NCBI GenBank assembly: GCA_965603825.1
Contig: CBFDEM010000051.1
Location: 124,001 to 188,000 of the forward strand
DNA: 64,000 bases
Direction: 5' to 3'
Origin: Blepharisma stoltei ATCC 30299
Lineage: Eukaryota; Protista; Ciliophora
Shown: positions 23,911 to 36,691 of the stretch, piece by piece
How positions within the stretch are numbered: position 1 is the stretch's first letter
Layout of the letters: each line of letters begins with the position of its first letter
Notes under the pieces: model-generated
The model's database searches: none
What the model saw: the letters and a program-made list of their open reading frames with translations, nothing else
What the model was told of the DNA's origin: nothing
Program-made: the position numbers and the translations under genes

Positions 23911-26900
23911 TAAAATTCGTGGGATTTATTTTTTAGATTTTGATAATGGCCTATCAAAACTTCTAGCAAGCTATCTATGCATATTTTGTCGGAATCACCA
24001 TTTAAAGCACCCTTTTTCAATGAATCAGAAGGCTCTTTTATGGTATCAATCTCATTTTTCAAGTTTTCTCATTCTTCCTTCGACAATTTTTCCTCAAAAA
24101 GTGACTTTGTGCTTGCAATTGCTTTTGAATAGGGTATATACAGATCACTAGCACCATCATCAGTAGGAACAAAAGTGCCAATATTAGTTGTGTTGATAAA
24201 TTCCACAGTTTTTAAATAAAAATCTAAATCATCTATTTTATAATCCCCATACACTCCCACAAATTTCAAAAAATTTCTAACTCTGTTAGAAGACTCAGAG
24301 TAGCATATAGCTGATAATATAACTTCTTTAAATTTGTCTTCAGCCACACTCTTTAGTCCATATTTTTGTAATAATTCATCATAAATCATTTCACATAAAT
24401 CAACTTTTTTAATTGATGGATATTCATCAATTAATAAAGTTCTTGCTGTGTACATAGAATATATTAATTTCATTAAAGTTTTCTTTGACAAAGTTGGCTT
24501 TAAATTTGGTTTTCTTTCAGCTTTTTGGACAGCCAATAATAGGATTTTGGAAGAGGGATGATGCTTTTTTGAAATTTGTTTTTTATTTGCAAATTGTCTT
24601 GGTTTTGTAGCAATTTTTTTATGTCATTGTCGTGAGCTAAGCTTAATTCTGTCTTCTATGTTATAGGCAGAATTTTTTTCTTCTTCTTCAGGGATGATGA
24701 TTGTGGATTTATTTTCTTCTTTAAATTGGGAATTATCTTCATAAAAATCGGTTTGTGTGCATAATGATACAGGGTAATGGGATTTATTTATATCTTTGTC
24801 AAATAGATTATCGATAGAAATTCTTAGCTTATTAGCTTCTTTTTTAAGAATTTCTTCAGAAATATCACCATTTAAATTGCTTGGGTTGGAAAAATAGGAA
24901 TTTATGAGAGTTTTCAGTTTTTTAATTTTTCCAAGTAGATTTGAAAAATTTGAGTCATCTACAAAATTTACTTTCTGAGTTAAATTTAAAGAATTTGTGC
25001 TGTTTTCAAGAGTTTGAGACAAATTATTCTTATATTCTTCTCTGTTTTCAGCTTTATCACTACTTTTTTGATGCTCCGAAACTGCTTTTATAAACCCATC
25101 TTTATTTTCTTGATATTTTTCTTCATCTATTTTTATCTCTTCATTTCTATTTTCTTTTTCTTCCATTTCATTCGGCAATTTTTTAAAAAATTCTTGGGTT
25201 TGCTTCATCATTTTAGATTGTCTTCCTACCACATCTGAGGCTGCCTTAATTAAATCCCCAATAATTTTTACAAATATTTTTGACAAGCTCAAGCTTTCTA
25301 TTTTTTTTTCATATTTTGCAAGCTGCTGTCCAGTAAAATTCAACTTTTCTCTATCGATTTCAATAACATCTATATAAGTTTTAATTTCTTTTTTTCTATC
25401 AAATTCAGTCTGTGTCTCTATTTCAACCATTTCAATTTTTACCTTCTCCTCATTATTTTCCATATTTTTTTCAAAATTCTCATCATTGCTTTCTTGTGAT
25501 GTTGCACTTTTACAGATCACAAGCGTGACCTCATGCTCTTCTTCATTCTCACTAAGCGGGGGCAAAGTCAATAATTCTTTTTTATTTTTTTCCATATTTG
25601 ATATATAATTTGTTATGAATTTCCTGAAACCTTTTATTAAAGTCGACATCCAATTGACTTGCTCACAATTAAAAGCTGGACTTATAGTAAATTCTTCGAA
25701 ATTTTCTAATAAAATTGCCCGACTATTTAAATAGTCTAATTTTTCTTTTGAAATTACTATATTGTCGAATAATTTGTCGTCGCCTGTAAAAGTAGATCTT
25801 TCTCTATGTTTTGACATAAACATTGGAGGCAGCGAAAATTCTCTTTTAAACGACGTTCGCCTTGTAAATTCAAGAGGCTCTTCATCAATAGGCTGAAGAA
25901 TTTTTTCATCTTCCATTGTACAGGTTGAAACCGTCCTATAGCTAACTGGATTTATTAAATTTCCTTTTTCGTCCCTACTTTTCCATTGAATAATGCTCAC
26001 ATTTTGCTGCCTTGTTAAAGTTTGCAATGCCATATTAATTTCTCTGGCTTTAGCTTTTTCTTCATTTAATTCATTTCTTAAGCTTTCTATTTCTTGTGAC
26101 TGCTCACTAATGACTTTGCTAGATTTTCTTAATTCTCCATTGATATCTGAGTATTTTTTTGTGACCACATTAAGTTTTTCTTCGTAATTTTTTTGGTTTT
26201 TCGATACAAGCTCTTTAAATCTTTGTTTTAGGTCTTCAATTTCTTCAGAAAATTTATTTTTATTTTTTGAGTTTAATTCAAAATTTGAGTTCCAAATTCT
26301 ATTTAATAATTGGCCTCTTTCTATACAATGAACAGAAACTTGCCTTATAATTTCTTTAAAGCAGGCTGTATAAATAAGCTGAAGAGCTTCAGTTTTATTT
26401 TCTATTGTAGCGAATTCTGTATGGTATACATATTTATCTAGCATATAATCAAGCCAATTACATAAAAGCTCAACTTCTCGACGTCCAGAAGGGGCTCCTC
26501 TCTCTGTATTTAAATTAATATTTTTTTCTACCTTTGAAGGATTTCCTATACTTTTTGATCGATTTCCTGCATAATTCGGTGGCTTTTCTTCAGAGATTTG
26601 AGTTAGTCTTGCTTGTATTAACCCAGATTGCGTTTTAAATAAAAGTCCGCCCTCTTTGGCTAGGTTTGAGATTTTTGTCTCTATAAATTTATTTGATTTC
26701 CGTTTTACTATTTCTAAATCTTTCATAAATTTTTCATGGTAAAAATCATCCATGTTGTAAACTTCATTTTTTATAGGACTTTCGGTTATTTTAATCACTT
26801 GGGTGTTATTTTTCGCACTTTCATTGTCTTTATTTACAATATTTTGCAACTTGTCAAGCTCAGTTGGCAGAGGTAGCATTAAAATTTCTGGCTCTTTAAG

Positions 26901-27341
26901 CCCTAAAACTTCTTTAAGCTCGTTTTGACTTCTATTAAATAGGTTTTTGAGTTTTTCAGGCCGATCTTTTGTATGAGAAACGTCTCTAGACAAAGGGCAG
27001 GACTCACAATGGCTTCTTTGATTGGAATCATGAATTTTTGAAATTTTGCTTATGTCTTGTTCAGATATATCAGAAGAGCCACAATAGCATAAATTTGCAG
27101 AAAATTTAGATAAACTATTGGCGAATTTGCTTTTTATTTTATTTAAAACTTTTTCATTTTCTTGCTTTGGACGAGAAGTTAAAGAAGCTTTAGAGGTTTC
27201 TGAATCACTTAGTTTAGGTAAGCTTGGAATTCGTGGGAGTTTTTTAGATAAGTCTGGGGAGAGTGATGCAAGCTTAGATTTGAATCGCTTTTTGATTGTG
27301 ATAAGTTTGGTGCTTTTTTGGATTTCATTTGTGCTATCCAT
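23907..27341 (-). CDS. 1144-aa coiled-coil protein with an axonemal dynein light-chain (p28/AXDND1-like) motif and TSNAXIP1-like C-terminus
   Basis: PSGRREVELLCNWLDYML...CFKEIIRQVSVHCIERGQLLNRIW; later LIYSMY...IYDELLQKYGLKSVAEDKFKE...RVRNFLKFVG. In frame through TGAs to TAA 23907-23909. Confidence 0.75.
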
Positions 27342-27726
27342 TTTAATTTTTAAGGGAAAGTTATAAATTTAATGAAAATAAAAGATAGGTTCTTTAATAA
27401 TCATTGATCAATATCCCAATTGTAGTTAATTAAATTTCTTAGCTCAAAGCGTCCTCAGTTAGATCATAGTATCATTCAGCTGAATCATAGGTTCTTCTAT
27501 TATAGAATCAAGAATTTATAATAATTTCTTTATGAGTAGGCAAGATTTTATTTCTTGTTTATAGAAAGACTAATTAATTTTGCAGTTGATTTCTATAATA
27601 ATCTAACTCTTAAGGGACATTTTTACATGTGTCAGATGCAAATCCCAAGTAATTTTTGATCTGAATAAATTTTGCATACAAATGTTGAAAATTAATTTCT
27701 TTATTTAATCGCGTGTTTGCTTATAA

Positions 27727-29133
27727 ATGGAACCAAAATTCGGATTTACACAGAATCCCACTAGATCGCTATTTTACTTCGGAGAATCAAACAACCAATC
27801 TTCCTCTTCTGATCCCATCCAGCCTGCCGATACTTCCATCAACGAAATTTCTTCTTCCCTTTCCCAGATGACCTTTGCAAATGAACACTCTGCAGAAGCT
27901 GTTGGCAAAATAAACTCTGATGACCCAATCCTCCAATTAGAAGGTTTACAATTCATAAGAAAAGAGCTTTCTCAAAAAGATAATCCACCTATAAACGAAA
28001 TCATAAATTCAGGGATATGTAGGCGCATTCTTGATTTGGCTTCAACTATGCCTGATGATGAATTTCTATTTGAAGCTACATGGGTCTTTTCAAACATTTT
28101 ATCAGGAAATTCTAAGCAAACTGCTTATTTAGTGAATTTAGATGTGATACCATTTTTATTTAGACTTTTTGATAAAACTAATGATGATATTAAAGATCAA
28201 GTAATGTGGGCTTTTGGAAATATTGCAGGAGATAATACAAATTGAAGAGATTTAATAATTTCGAATGAGAACTTTGGCTATATTATTGATTTATGCAATA
28301 ATATGAATTTTTCTAATCGAAATATGATAAAAACTTGTTCTTGGGCTGTATCAAACTTCCTAAGAGGAAGCCCTCAACCGGTTGTAGAAAAAGTTTTACC
28401 TTTTGTGCGGTTTTTAAAAAGAATCATCGTTGAATTAGAAGAGCAAGAAATTCTTACAGATGCCCTTTGGGGATGTTTTTATATAACAGAGCTACATTCA
28501 TCTCTAGAGGCATTTCAAAAGAAACAATTTTTAGAAAAAATAATTAGACAACTATCAACCTGAAAAATTGAATTATTGACAGCTTCTCTGAAAACTATTG
28601 GAAATATTACCTCGCAAATGGAAAATTCTTTTAGCGTACTATTTAGGCTTGGATTTTTAGAAAAAATTGATAGTTTGTTATGCCATCAAAAAAGAACGAT
28701 AAGAAAAGAAGCTTGCTGGATTCTATCAAATATGTCCACAGAGAGTTGTGACGTAGTTGCTAAATTTTTGGAAAATAAATTATATGAAAAATTATTACAT
28801 ATAATGAAAACAGATAGTCAAGACGTTAAAAAAGAAGCAATATGGGTGATAGCGAACTCAGCAACAGTCTGTGATAGTAATCAAGTAATAAATCTCGCAC
28901 AATTAGGAATGGTAAAAGAATTGATTAACTGCATTAAATTTAATGACTGCAGAAATATTGCATTAGAAGCATTGTGCTCATATGTAAAAAAGGTTCCTGA
29001 TGTTATAAATGCAGAAGAAAAAGATATTTTGATTAAAAATATTGATCTTTTAGTAAATTGTGGTGAAGATTGCGAGCATGCAATGAATTTGAGAGAATTG
29101 CTGAATAATAGGAATGGTGATGAAAATAATTAA
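27727..29133 (+). CDS. Importin-alpha-like ARM-repeat protein, copy 1 (468 aa), no recognisable IBB
   Basis: IRKELSQKDNPPINEIINSG, FEATWVFSNILSG, QVMWAFGNIAGD, WAVSNFLRG, ILTDALW, IRKEACWILSN, VKKEAIWVIAN. Confidence 0.9.
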
Positions 29134-29388
29134 TAGGTAGAAACTTATAATTTCAATTAAGAACACAAAAATAAATCTTTTAAGGGTATTAATTGCTAAA
29201 ATCAGATTTTACATGTTTAAACTGCCATCTTTATTTAAAGGTTATCCAAAAGCTTTCTATCGTAATTGCACCTTGAAATACTGGGTGAAATTAGCTCATA
29301 TACATTTTAGGAATTTATTTGCTATTTTATGCTCATACTTTTATAATTAATTTCTATATAATGGTTAAGATTTCCTTAAATTGAATAA

Positions 29389-30819
29389 TTAGCTACTATT
29401 TCTATTATTCTGTAAAACTTCTCTTAAGCTTGTTGCAGGCTCAATAGCATCACTATCCCCAGTCGAATCATCAATGCTTTGAATTATTATATCATTCTCT
29501 TCGTCATTTATAATATATGGAACTTTTTCTATCACTGCGCTCAATGCTTCAAAAATAATAGGCCTCCATTTCTTGCATTTAAGGCTACTAATCAATTCTT
29601 TTATTATCCCTATTTCTGCTAACTTTATTATTTGGTTTTCTTCACAAACAGTTACTGATATCTTTATTATTTCTAATGCTTGTGTCTGAACATCTCTGCT
29701 ATCTGTTTTTATAATGGTTAATAATTTTTCAAATATTTTATTTTCCAGTAATTTATCGATTGCTGCTGTAGATTCTGCAACAAGATTTAATAGCGTCCAG
29801 CAAACTTCTCATCTTAAATTTCTGCTTTTATGATCTAGCAGACCTTCAATTTTCTCAAAAAATCCATATTTAGATAATATCTCGAAAGAATTATCCATTT
29901 CAAATACAATATTTCGAATAATTTTTAAGGAAGCTGTCAATAAAAGCCCTTTTCGGCTAGATAATTGTCTGATTATTTTTTCTATAAATAGTTCTTTTTT
30001 AAAAATCTCTAAATTTTCTTCTAATTCTGAAAGATAAGAGCACCCCAAAGTAGCTTCTGTAAGTGTATCTTTTGCTTGCGCTTCAACAACGACTCTATAT
30101 AAAAATGGTGAAAAAGGAATCAGTTTTTCTGGGTTTTGTTCTGAACATTCTCGGAGTATATTAGACACAGATCATGCATAAATATTTATAAAGCTCTCAT
30201 TACTAAAATCTGCATTATTACACAAATCAGCAATACAGCTAAAATTATCATCATTGATTACTAATTCTCTTCACTCGCTATTATCTGCTGCAATGTTACC
30301 AAACGCCATCATAACTGGCTCACTAAAATCATTATTGTTTTTACACAAAATTGAAAATAAAAATGGTATTACATCTAGCTGCACCAAATAGGATGCTTCT
30401 CTAGAGCTTTTCGATAAAATATTTGAAAATAGCCAGAGAGCTTCCAATAAAAATTTATTGTCAGTTTTTGTTTGAGCTAAATCAAGGATACGTTCACATA
30501 TATCTGAACTTATAATTTCATATATAATTAAAGGCGAACTATCTTCTCTAGAAACCCCTTTTTTGAGGACTTTTAAGCCTTCCCGTTGAAGCATAGCGTC
30601 ATCAGAGTTTATTTTGTCGATGGCTTCTAAAATTGAAGGTTTTTCTATTGGTTCAGCATGCTTCCTTGCAAGTTTAATGTGAGAAGAGGAAGAAGAAATT
30701 TCATTGCTAGGAGTGTTAGAGGAGTTATTAGGATTGAAAAGGGAAGATTGGCTGTTTGATTCTCCGAAAGAAAATGATGAACGAGTGAGATTCTGTGCAA
30801 ATCCGAATTTTGGTTCCAT
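29389..30819 (-). CDS. Importin-alpha-like protein, copy 2 (476 aa)
   Basis: In-frame pieces joined by TGA; colinear with copy 1 from MEPKFGF to the NNRN C-terminus. Confidence 0.88.
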
Positions 30820-31148
30820 TTATAAGGAAATCTATAGCAAGCATCTTTAGATTTTGAAATAAAGTATATTATTTTTAGTTGATTTAGTGTTCAAAATATA
30901 CTCATATCCAGGAACACGAAAAATAGCAAATCAAATTTTCAAAATAAGAAGAGATTGCATTTAATTCAGTACAATTAAGATTTGAATGATATTTTAATCT
31001 CGATTAGTATAATGTTGAATAAATTACTATTAAATTAGGAGGACAGTTTAATCAATTATAATATTTTTCTAACGTATATTTATAATAATTAAAAAACCAA
31101 TAAAAATATATTGTTTTTAATTATATTATTTTTGTTTATTGCAATTGG

Positions 31149-32616
31149 TTAGCTATTATTTCTATTATTACGTAAAAATTCCCTTAATCTCGTAGTATAC
31201 TCATTAGTATCGCCATCCTCAATTAAATTGTCAGTGCTTTCGATTAATATATCTGCTTCTTCATCATTTATGCCTTTCTTTCATAAATATAAGATATATA
31301 GTAAAGCTCTATAGAATAATTGGGACTTTTTCTATAAATAAACTCAATGCTTCCAAAATAATTGGTCTTCATTTCTTTCATTTAATACAGCTAATCAATT
31401 CTTTTATTATTCCTATTTGTGCTAGCTTCATTATTTGATTTTCGTCACAAACACAAGCAGATTCATATATTACAAATAATGCTTGTTTTTTAACGTCCTC
31501 ACAGTCTGCTTTTATAATTGATAATAATTTTTCATATATTTTATTTTCAAAAAATATACTAATTATTTCTTCACACTCACTAGTAAGATCTGCTAATGTA
31601 CAGCAAATTTCTCTTCTTATAGATTTTTTTTGGTGGCATAGCAGACCTTCAGTTTTTTTGAAAAACCCAAGTTTAAATAGGATACTGAAAGCATTATCCA
31701 TTTCTTCACCAATATTTTTAAGAATCTTTAGAGAAGCTTTCAATAAGAGAGTTTTTCGACTTGATAATTGCTTAATTATTTTTTTTAAAAATAGTTCTTT
31801 TTGAAAAATCTCTATACTCGGGTCTAGTTCAGTAGGGTATGAGCACCCTAAAGAGGCCTCTATAAGTGTTTCTTGATCTTGTACTTCAATAATAACTTTG
31901 TATAAAAACGATGCAAAAGGCAACACTTTTTCTGTTTTTGGTGGAGGGTTTCCCTGTATAAAATTGGATACAGCTCAACAATAAGTTTTGATCAAATTTG
32001 TATTATTAAAATTCACATTATTACACAATTCAATAATACAGCTAAACATCTCATAGTTGATTATTCAATTCCTTCATGTACTATTATCTGCAGCAATGTT
32101 CCCAAAACCACGCATTAATTGTTCTTTAAGGTCTTCATTATTTTTATCAAAAAGTGTAAATAAAAATGGTATTACGTTTAAGTGCATTAAATAGGAAGCT
32201 TGCTCAAATGTTCCTGATAAAATTTTTGAGAGCGTTCAGACAGCTTCAAATATAAATTTATCATCAGATTTAGTTGAAGCTAAGTCAAGAATACGTTCAC
32301 ATATTCCTGATCTTATAATTAAATTTATAGGCGAATTATTTTCTCTAGAAACCTCTTTTCTTAGTAATTGTAAGCCTTCATATTGAAGCTTTTGGTCATC
32401 GGAATTTATTTTATCAATAGCTTCTAAAATAGAAGATTCTTCTATGGAATTTGAATGTGTGTTGGGAAGGCTCATCTGAGAAGTGGAAGAAGAAATTTCA
32501 TTTCTGGAAGTATCAGAAGGATTGTTATTATCAGAAATATGGGCTGGGTTATTAGTTTCTCTGAAACAAAAGAAAGAGCTACTAGGATTCTGTGCAAATC
32601 CGAAATTTTGTTCCAT
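31149..32616 (-). CDS. Importin-alpha-like protein, copy 3 (474 aa if the 43-bp insert is removed; otherwise truncated at TAG 31309-31311)
   Basis: Colinear with copies 1 and 2. The conserved tail INDEEADILIES...LREFLRNNRNNS* lies in another frame, beyond a 43-bp insert. Confidence 0.82.
31269..31313. mobile_element. Candidate TA-bounded internal eliminated sequence (43 bp plus one retained TA)
   Basis: TA at 31269-70 and 31312-13. Excision gives VPIILNDEE, versus VPYIINDEE and VPDVINAEE in the paralogs. Both ends read TAT-purine inward (TATGCCTTT / TATAGAGCTTT). Confidence 0.6.
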
Positions 32617-32825
32617 TTATTAGCTAATTTAATAAATTCACCATATCTTTTCAGATAAAATAATTTTTAGCAGATTTTATTTAAAATCTAATTATATTGA
32701 TATCGAAAAAATCATAAATAGCTATAAAAGAGATTGAAGCATTTACAATTATATAAATTTTATACTAAATAATATGTTATTTACTTGATAAAATTCCTCA
32801 AAAATAATTTAATTATGGTATAATG

Positions 32826-34733
32826 TTAATTAGGTTGGAATATTTTCTCATATTGTTTCATTTGATTTTTCAAAACCATCCGATTTTTCTTCAGCTCTTT
32901 TACTTTATTTTTAATATCCTCGAACCCTTTTTTATACACTAAAGAAACCCTTGGTGTTGTTTTTGATATCCTTGATGAGGTCAAAGCTGAATTATCGTTT
33001 GAGCGTGGCGATTCTAATTTTAAATGAAATCTATTGCTAATAAGAACATTATTTGATGAAGATCTTTGAGAATAATCAGACATCGAGTGATCTAAGCTTG
33101 CAATTTTAAAAGGAGTCATAGGCAGAGATTTTAAAGCTTCTTTAAATTCAAGGCTTGACAAAACACTTTGGTCTTCATATTCTTTAGCTTTTTTCGCTAA
33201 ATTTTGCTCTAAACTGTTATAAAAAGTCATTTCTCCTTTAATGATATCATTTCTTTCTTTCTTTAAATTTAAATATCGATTATTTTGAGGTTGTTCTTGA
33301 TATTTTTTTTCAAAATTATTTGTATTTTTTTGAGATTTTTCAATAAATTCTTTAAGATATATATTTTCTTCTTTAAGGGATTTATTTTCTATTATCAGCT
33401 TCTCTATGATCTCTTGATAAGATTCTTTTAATTGATTTATCTGCTGAGAATGCTCTGATTTAAGACCTGAAATTGTTTCAATAAGCATCGAATTTTTCTT
33501 TTGCAAAAGAGCAATTTCTTCAGTTTGCAAATTATTAATGATTGGAGACCCAAGCAAATTTGAAGCATTGTTAATTGATTGAAGAGCATTTTTTGAAATA
33601 AAACTTTGGTCTATGCATTCTAAAGAAGCTTTAGGGCTTAAATATAAAGAATCTAATGAAAATTGTCTGCTTTGTGCTGCATTTGATAACCTCAAATTGA
33701 CTTTTCCTTTTTCAGCTTCATTAATAATGCTTTCTCTTACTATTTTATTATTTTTTTTCGAAATAATCGCAAGAAATGAAGATCCCATCAAAAAAATTTT
33801 AATTTCTGAATCCACATTAACCTGTGTCAAATAAGAATGATTATCCAAATTTCTCGTCCCTAATTCCCCATGGTTATTACTTCCCCAAGTCCACAAATTT
33901 CCATTTTCTGTAATAGCAGCTCCTGAGCATTCTCCTAAAGTGATATCCACAATATTTTCACTACAATTCAGTATATTAGGCTCTAAATATTCTCCAAAAG
34001 TCCCAGTTCCTCATACATATAGCTTTCCTCTACATATTGCGGCAGAATGATGCCCACATGCAACTTTATTGGCCATTTCTAAGCTTTCTATTCTTTGAAA
34101 TGTATAGCAGCTTCTTTTATGGCCGAGCCCAAGCTGGCCAAATCTATTATCTCCTGTCATATAAATATTTCCAAATTCTCCTATTACTGCTGAGTGATTT
34201 ATACCACAGCTGACTTCTTTTATATTATTGCTGATTTCGACTCTTGTGAAGCTTAATTCTCGGCTTGATCTTCCGTTTCCTAGTTGTCCTTCATTTCCTC
34301 TGCCAGTTACCATAAGAAATGAGTGGCCTGTTTTAGTCCTTCCTATAGCAATAGTATGCCATCCTCCACATGAAATTTTGTCAATATAAAAATCGTTTGA
34401 TAAATTTACTTTTGTTGGAAAATTTTGGCTTTGAGTTAGGCCTAATCCTAGTGCTCCTCATTCACCGTTTCCTCATGTATATATCTCATTAGAGTCAGTC
34501 ACAAATGCACAATGTTCTCTCCCACAAGAAATTTGTATAGGTTTTATTCTAATAGGAATTTGTAATAAACTAATAGAGTCTCCTCTTATTTCTGTTTGCA
34601 ATAAATTTCCTTCTGTTGTCAATAGATATAAACTACTATGAGTTGCTGACAGTGATTTCACAGCATATTGGATTACAATTGATTTATTTTTTACCTGAAA
34701 AGTCCCTAATCGTCCCCATATATGTAATTCCAT
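32826..34733 (-). CDS. RCC1-repeat protein with C-terminal coiled coil (635 aa)
   Basis: ISCGREHCAFVT..IYTWGNGEWGALGLG, ISCGGWHTIA, GRGNEGQLGNG, SCGINHSAVI, GDNRFGQLGLG, LWTWGSNNHGELG. Confidence 0.92.
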
Positions 34734-34740
34734 TTAATCT

Positions 34741-35169
34741 TTAATTAGATAATTCACTAATAAAAGTATGATATGCAGCTTCATTGTGGTAAATTTCAGA
34801 CAGTCTTGATATGTCAATATCATATTTTAGCGCCTTGGTTGCTTTATTGAATAATGCTGGATATTCTTTTTTGACTTTAAGCTTGACAAATTGTAGTAAT
34901 TTGCCGACATCAGTTTCTTCTAGCACTACTTCAGTTGTATTATGAATTGCTGGGGATATTGGTGACTGGCTCACAATTTCTTTCTTTTCTTCAATTTTTG
35001 GGATCAACGCATTCTTATACTGATTTGCAAAAGCTTTAGAAAGCTTGTAAATGTTTTTTATTTTTTTCCTCAGTTCTTCATAGTAGTTTTCTCTTTGCTG
35101 CTCTGCTGTTTCTATATCCATATTCAGATCTTTATTATTAGACCAGATATCATTGCCTAGGTTTTCCAT
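34741..35169 (-). CDS. Hypothetical protein (142 aa)
   Basis: ATG at 35169, uninterrupted, typical composition. Confidence 0.6.
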   Translation of the reverse strand: MENLGNDIWSNNKDLNMDIETAEQQRENYYEELRKKIKNIYKLSKAFANQYKNALIPKIEEKKEIVSQSPISPAIHNTTEVVLEETDVGKLLQFVKLKVKKEYPALFNKATKALKYDIDISRLSEIYHNEAAYHTFISELSN

Positions 35170-35233
35170 ATTCAAAATATAAGAAAATGATTATAATATA
35201 AGTAAATATGTAATGAACTAATTAAGTGAACTT

Positions 35234-36349
35234 TTAATCGTCTTCTTCCTCTTCTTTAATATTTTCCAATAAATCCATTTTCTTGAAATCTGATAGTGAA
35301 AATTTTCCTCCGTCGCCATCACGAGTTTTAATTATGGTTCCAAGTAACTGCCATACATTTGAGAGCTCTTCTCTCAGCTTTGCGTTTTCTTCTTTAAGAG
35401 CATTGATCTGGGTTTCTAACTCAGTGCTTTTCTGCTCTTTCGTGTCTTTATGGTGCAGCTCTGAAATAGCCATTCTCGGCATATCGGTGTTTTCTTCGTT
35501 ATTTCTTCCAATTCTTCTTATAGTTGTTGATTTCTGCCCAGCTTGTTGGCGATCTTCATTGTTTACAGCTACTGAGTCTAATTTTTCTAATCATAAATGA
35601 TACAAAATTTTTTCTTTAGAATCCTTGGTTTTTACCATACAAGGATTCATAAAGATCGATAACTGTGTGAGTTTCGGAAATCCTTTTAAAACGTCTAAGG
35701 TGTTATCAAAGCTGAAAATCTGGTTATTACTGATTTTTAAGCATAAAATTCTTTTGCATGCTCTCAAAGGTGAAATGTCTTTTATTTTGTTGTGGGCTGC
35801 TTTAAATGTACTTAGTCTAATTAACGATTGCAATGGGGATAAATCTTCGATACTGTTATTGTTGACATTAAGGTATCGTAAATTGGTACACTGGCCTACC
35901 CCACGTAAGCTTGTTATATAGTTATCAGACAAGTCTAGAACTTTCAAATTGAAGAGCCTTGATAAGTTGATGTGATCATTAGTCTCGAATTGGCTCAAAC
36001 CTTTACCACTTAACTTGAGTTCTTTTAAGGCACCAAGGTTGGGAGATTTTGATAATTGCAAGATTCGTTTTTCTGTTAATGTACCAATGTCGCTTAAAGG
36101 ATTTTCAGGAATTTTTACATCTGTTAAGATTGATGACAAGTTTCGTTTAGATTGAGTCGAAGGAAATGGAGCCGACTCGTCACCAAAGCTTAAGAAGCTA
36201 GAACTTGAAGAAGTTCTACCGTTGTGGCCATTGTCTCCTTCAGGATCATCAGCTTGGTAGCACACATGCCGACGTTCAATGTGAGCTTCAAGCTCGCTAC
36301 GTGATTCGAATTCTTGATAATCAAAAGGACATGAATAGCTTCCTTGCAT
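35234..36349 (-). CDS. LRR protein (SDS22-like repeats) with an N-terminal C2H2-like motif and C-terminal coiled coil (371 aa)
   Basis: LKVLDLSDNYITSL, LRYLNVNNNSIEDLSPL, LSIFMNPC, LYHLW(TGA)LEKLD LRRcap-like; CPFDYQEFESRSELEAHIERRH. Confidence 0.88.
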
Positions 36350-36691
36350 ATTTGTTGTTTACTAATGGCTAAAATTTAGTCCACATAACGTGTTATAAAA
36401 GAAGGTGATTGGATAAAGCAATAGAATATTTATGAAAATATTATTCGAAGAACCAGAGGTATAAAGCTTATTATTGGTAGGTGGTAAAATATGAAATTTA
36501 ACAAATTTTATTACATAAATTTTTTAATAAAAATTTAGAATAATGATTAAGTTAATGGAAATTTCATTATTAAACAGATTTAACACGTAAAACTTATTTA
36601 ATTTGAAAACTGAAATTATTCAGTAATTTAATAGTTTTCTCCATGCTCTTTATATCTTTAATTCTCTATATTACTGAATAATTTATTAATT

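Noticed and set aside
31378-31380. TGA aligned to Cys (TGC) in the importin paralog, hinting at TGA=Cys
   Set aside because: It is a single-base change at a variable site; the conserved sites indicate Trp
34738-34756. Possible intron fusing the 142-aa gene to the RCC1 gene
   Set aside because: The only nearby GT..AG is 19 nt, does not fit the 15-nt pattern and would still give a stop
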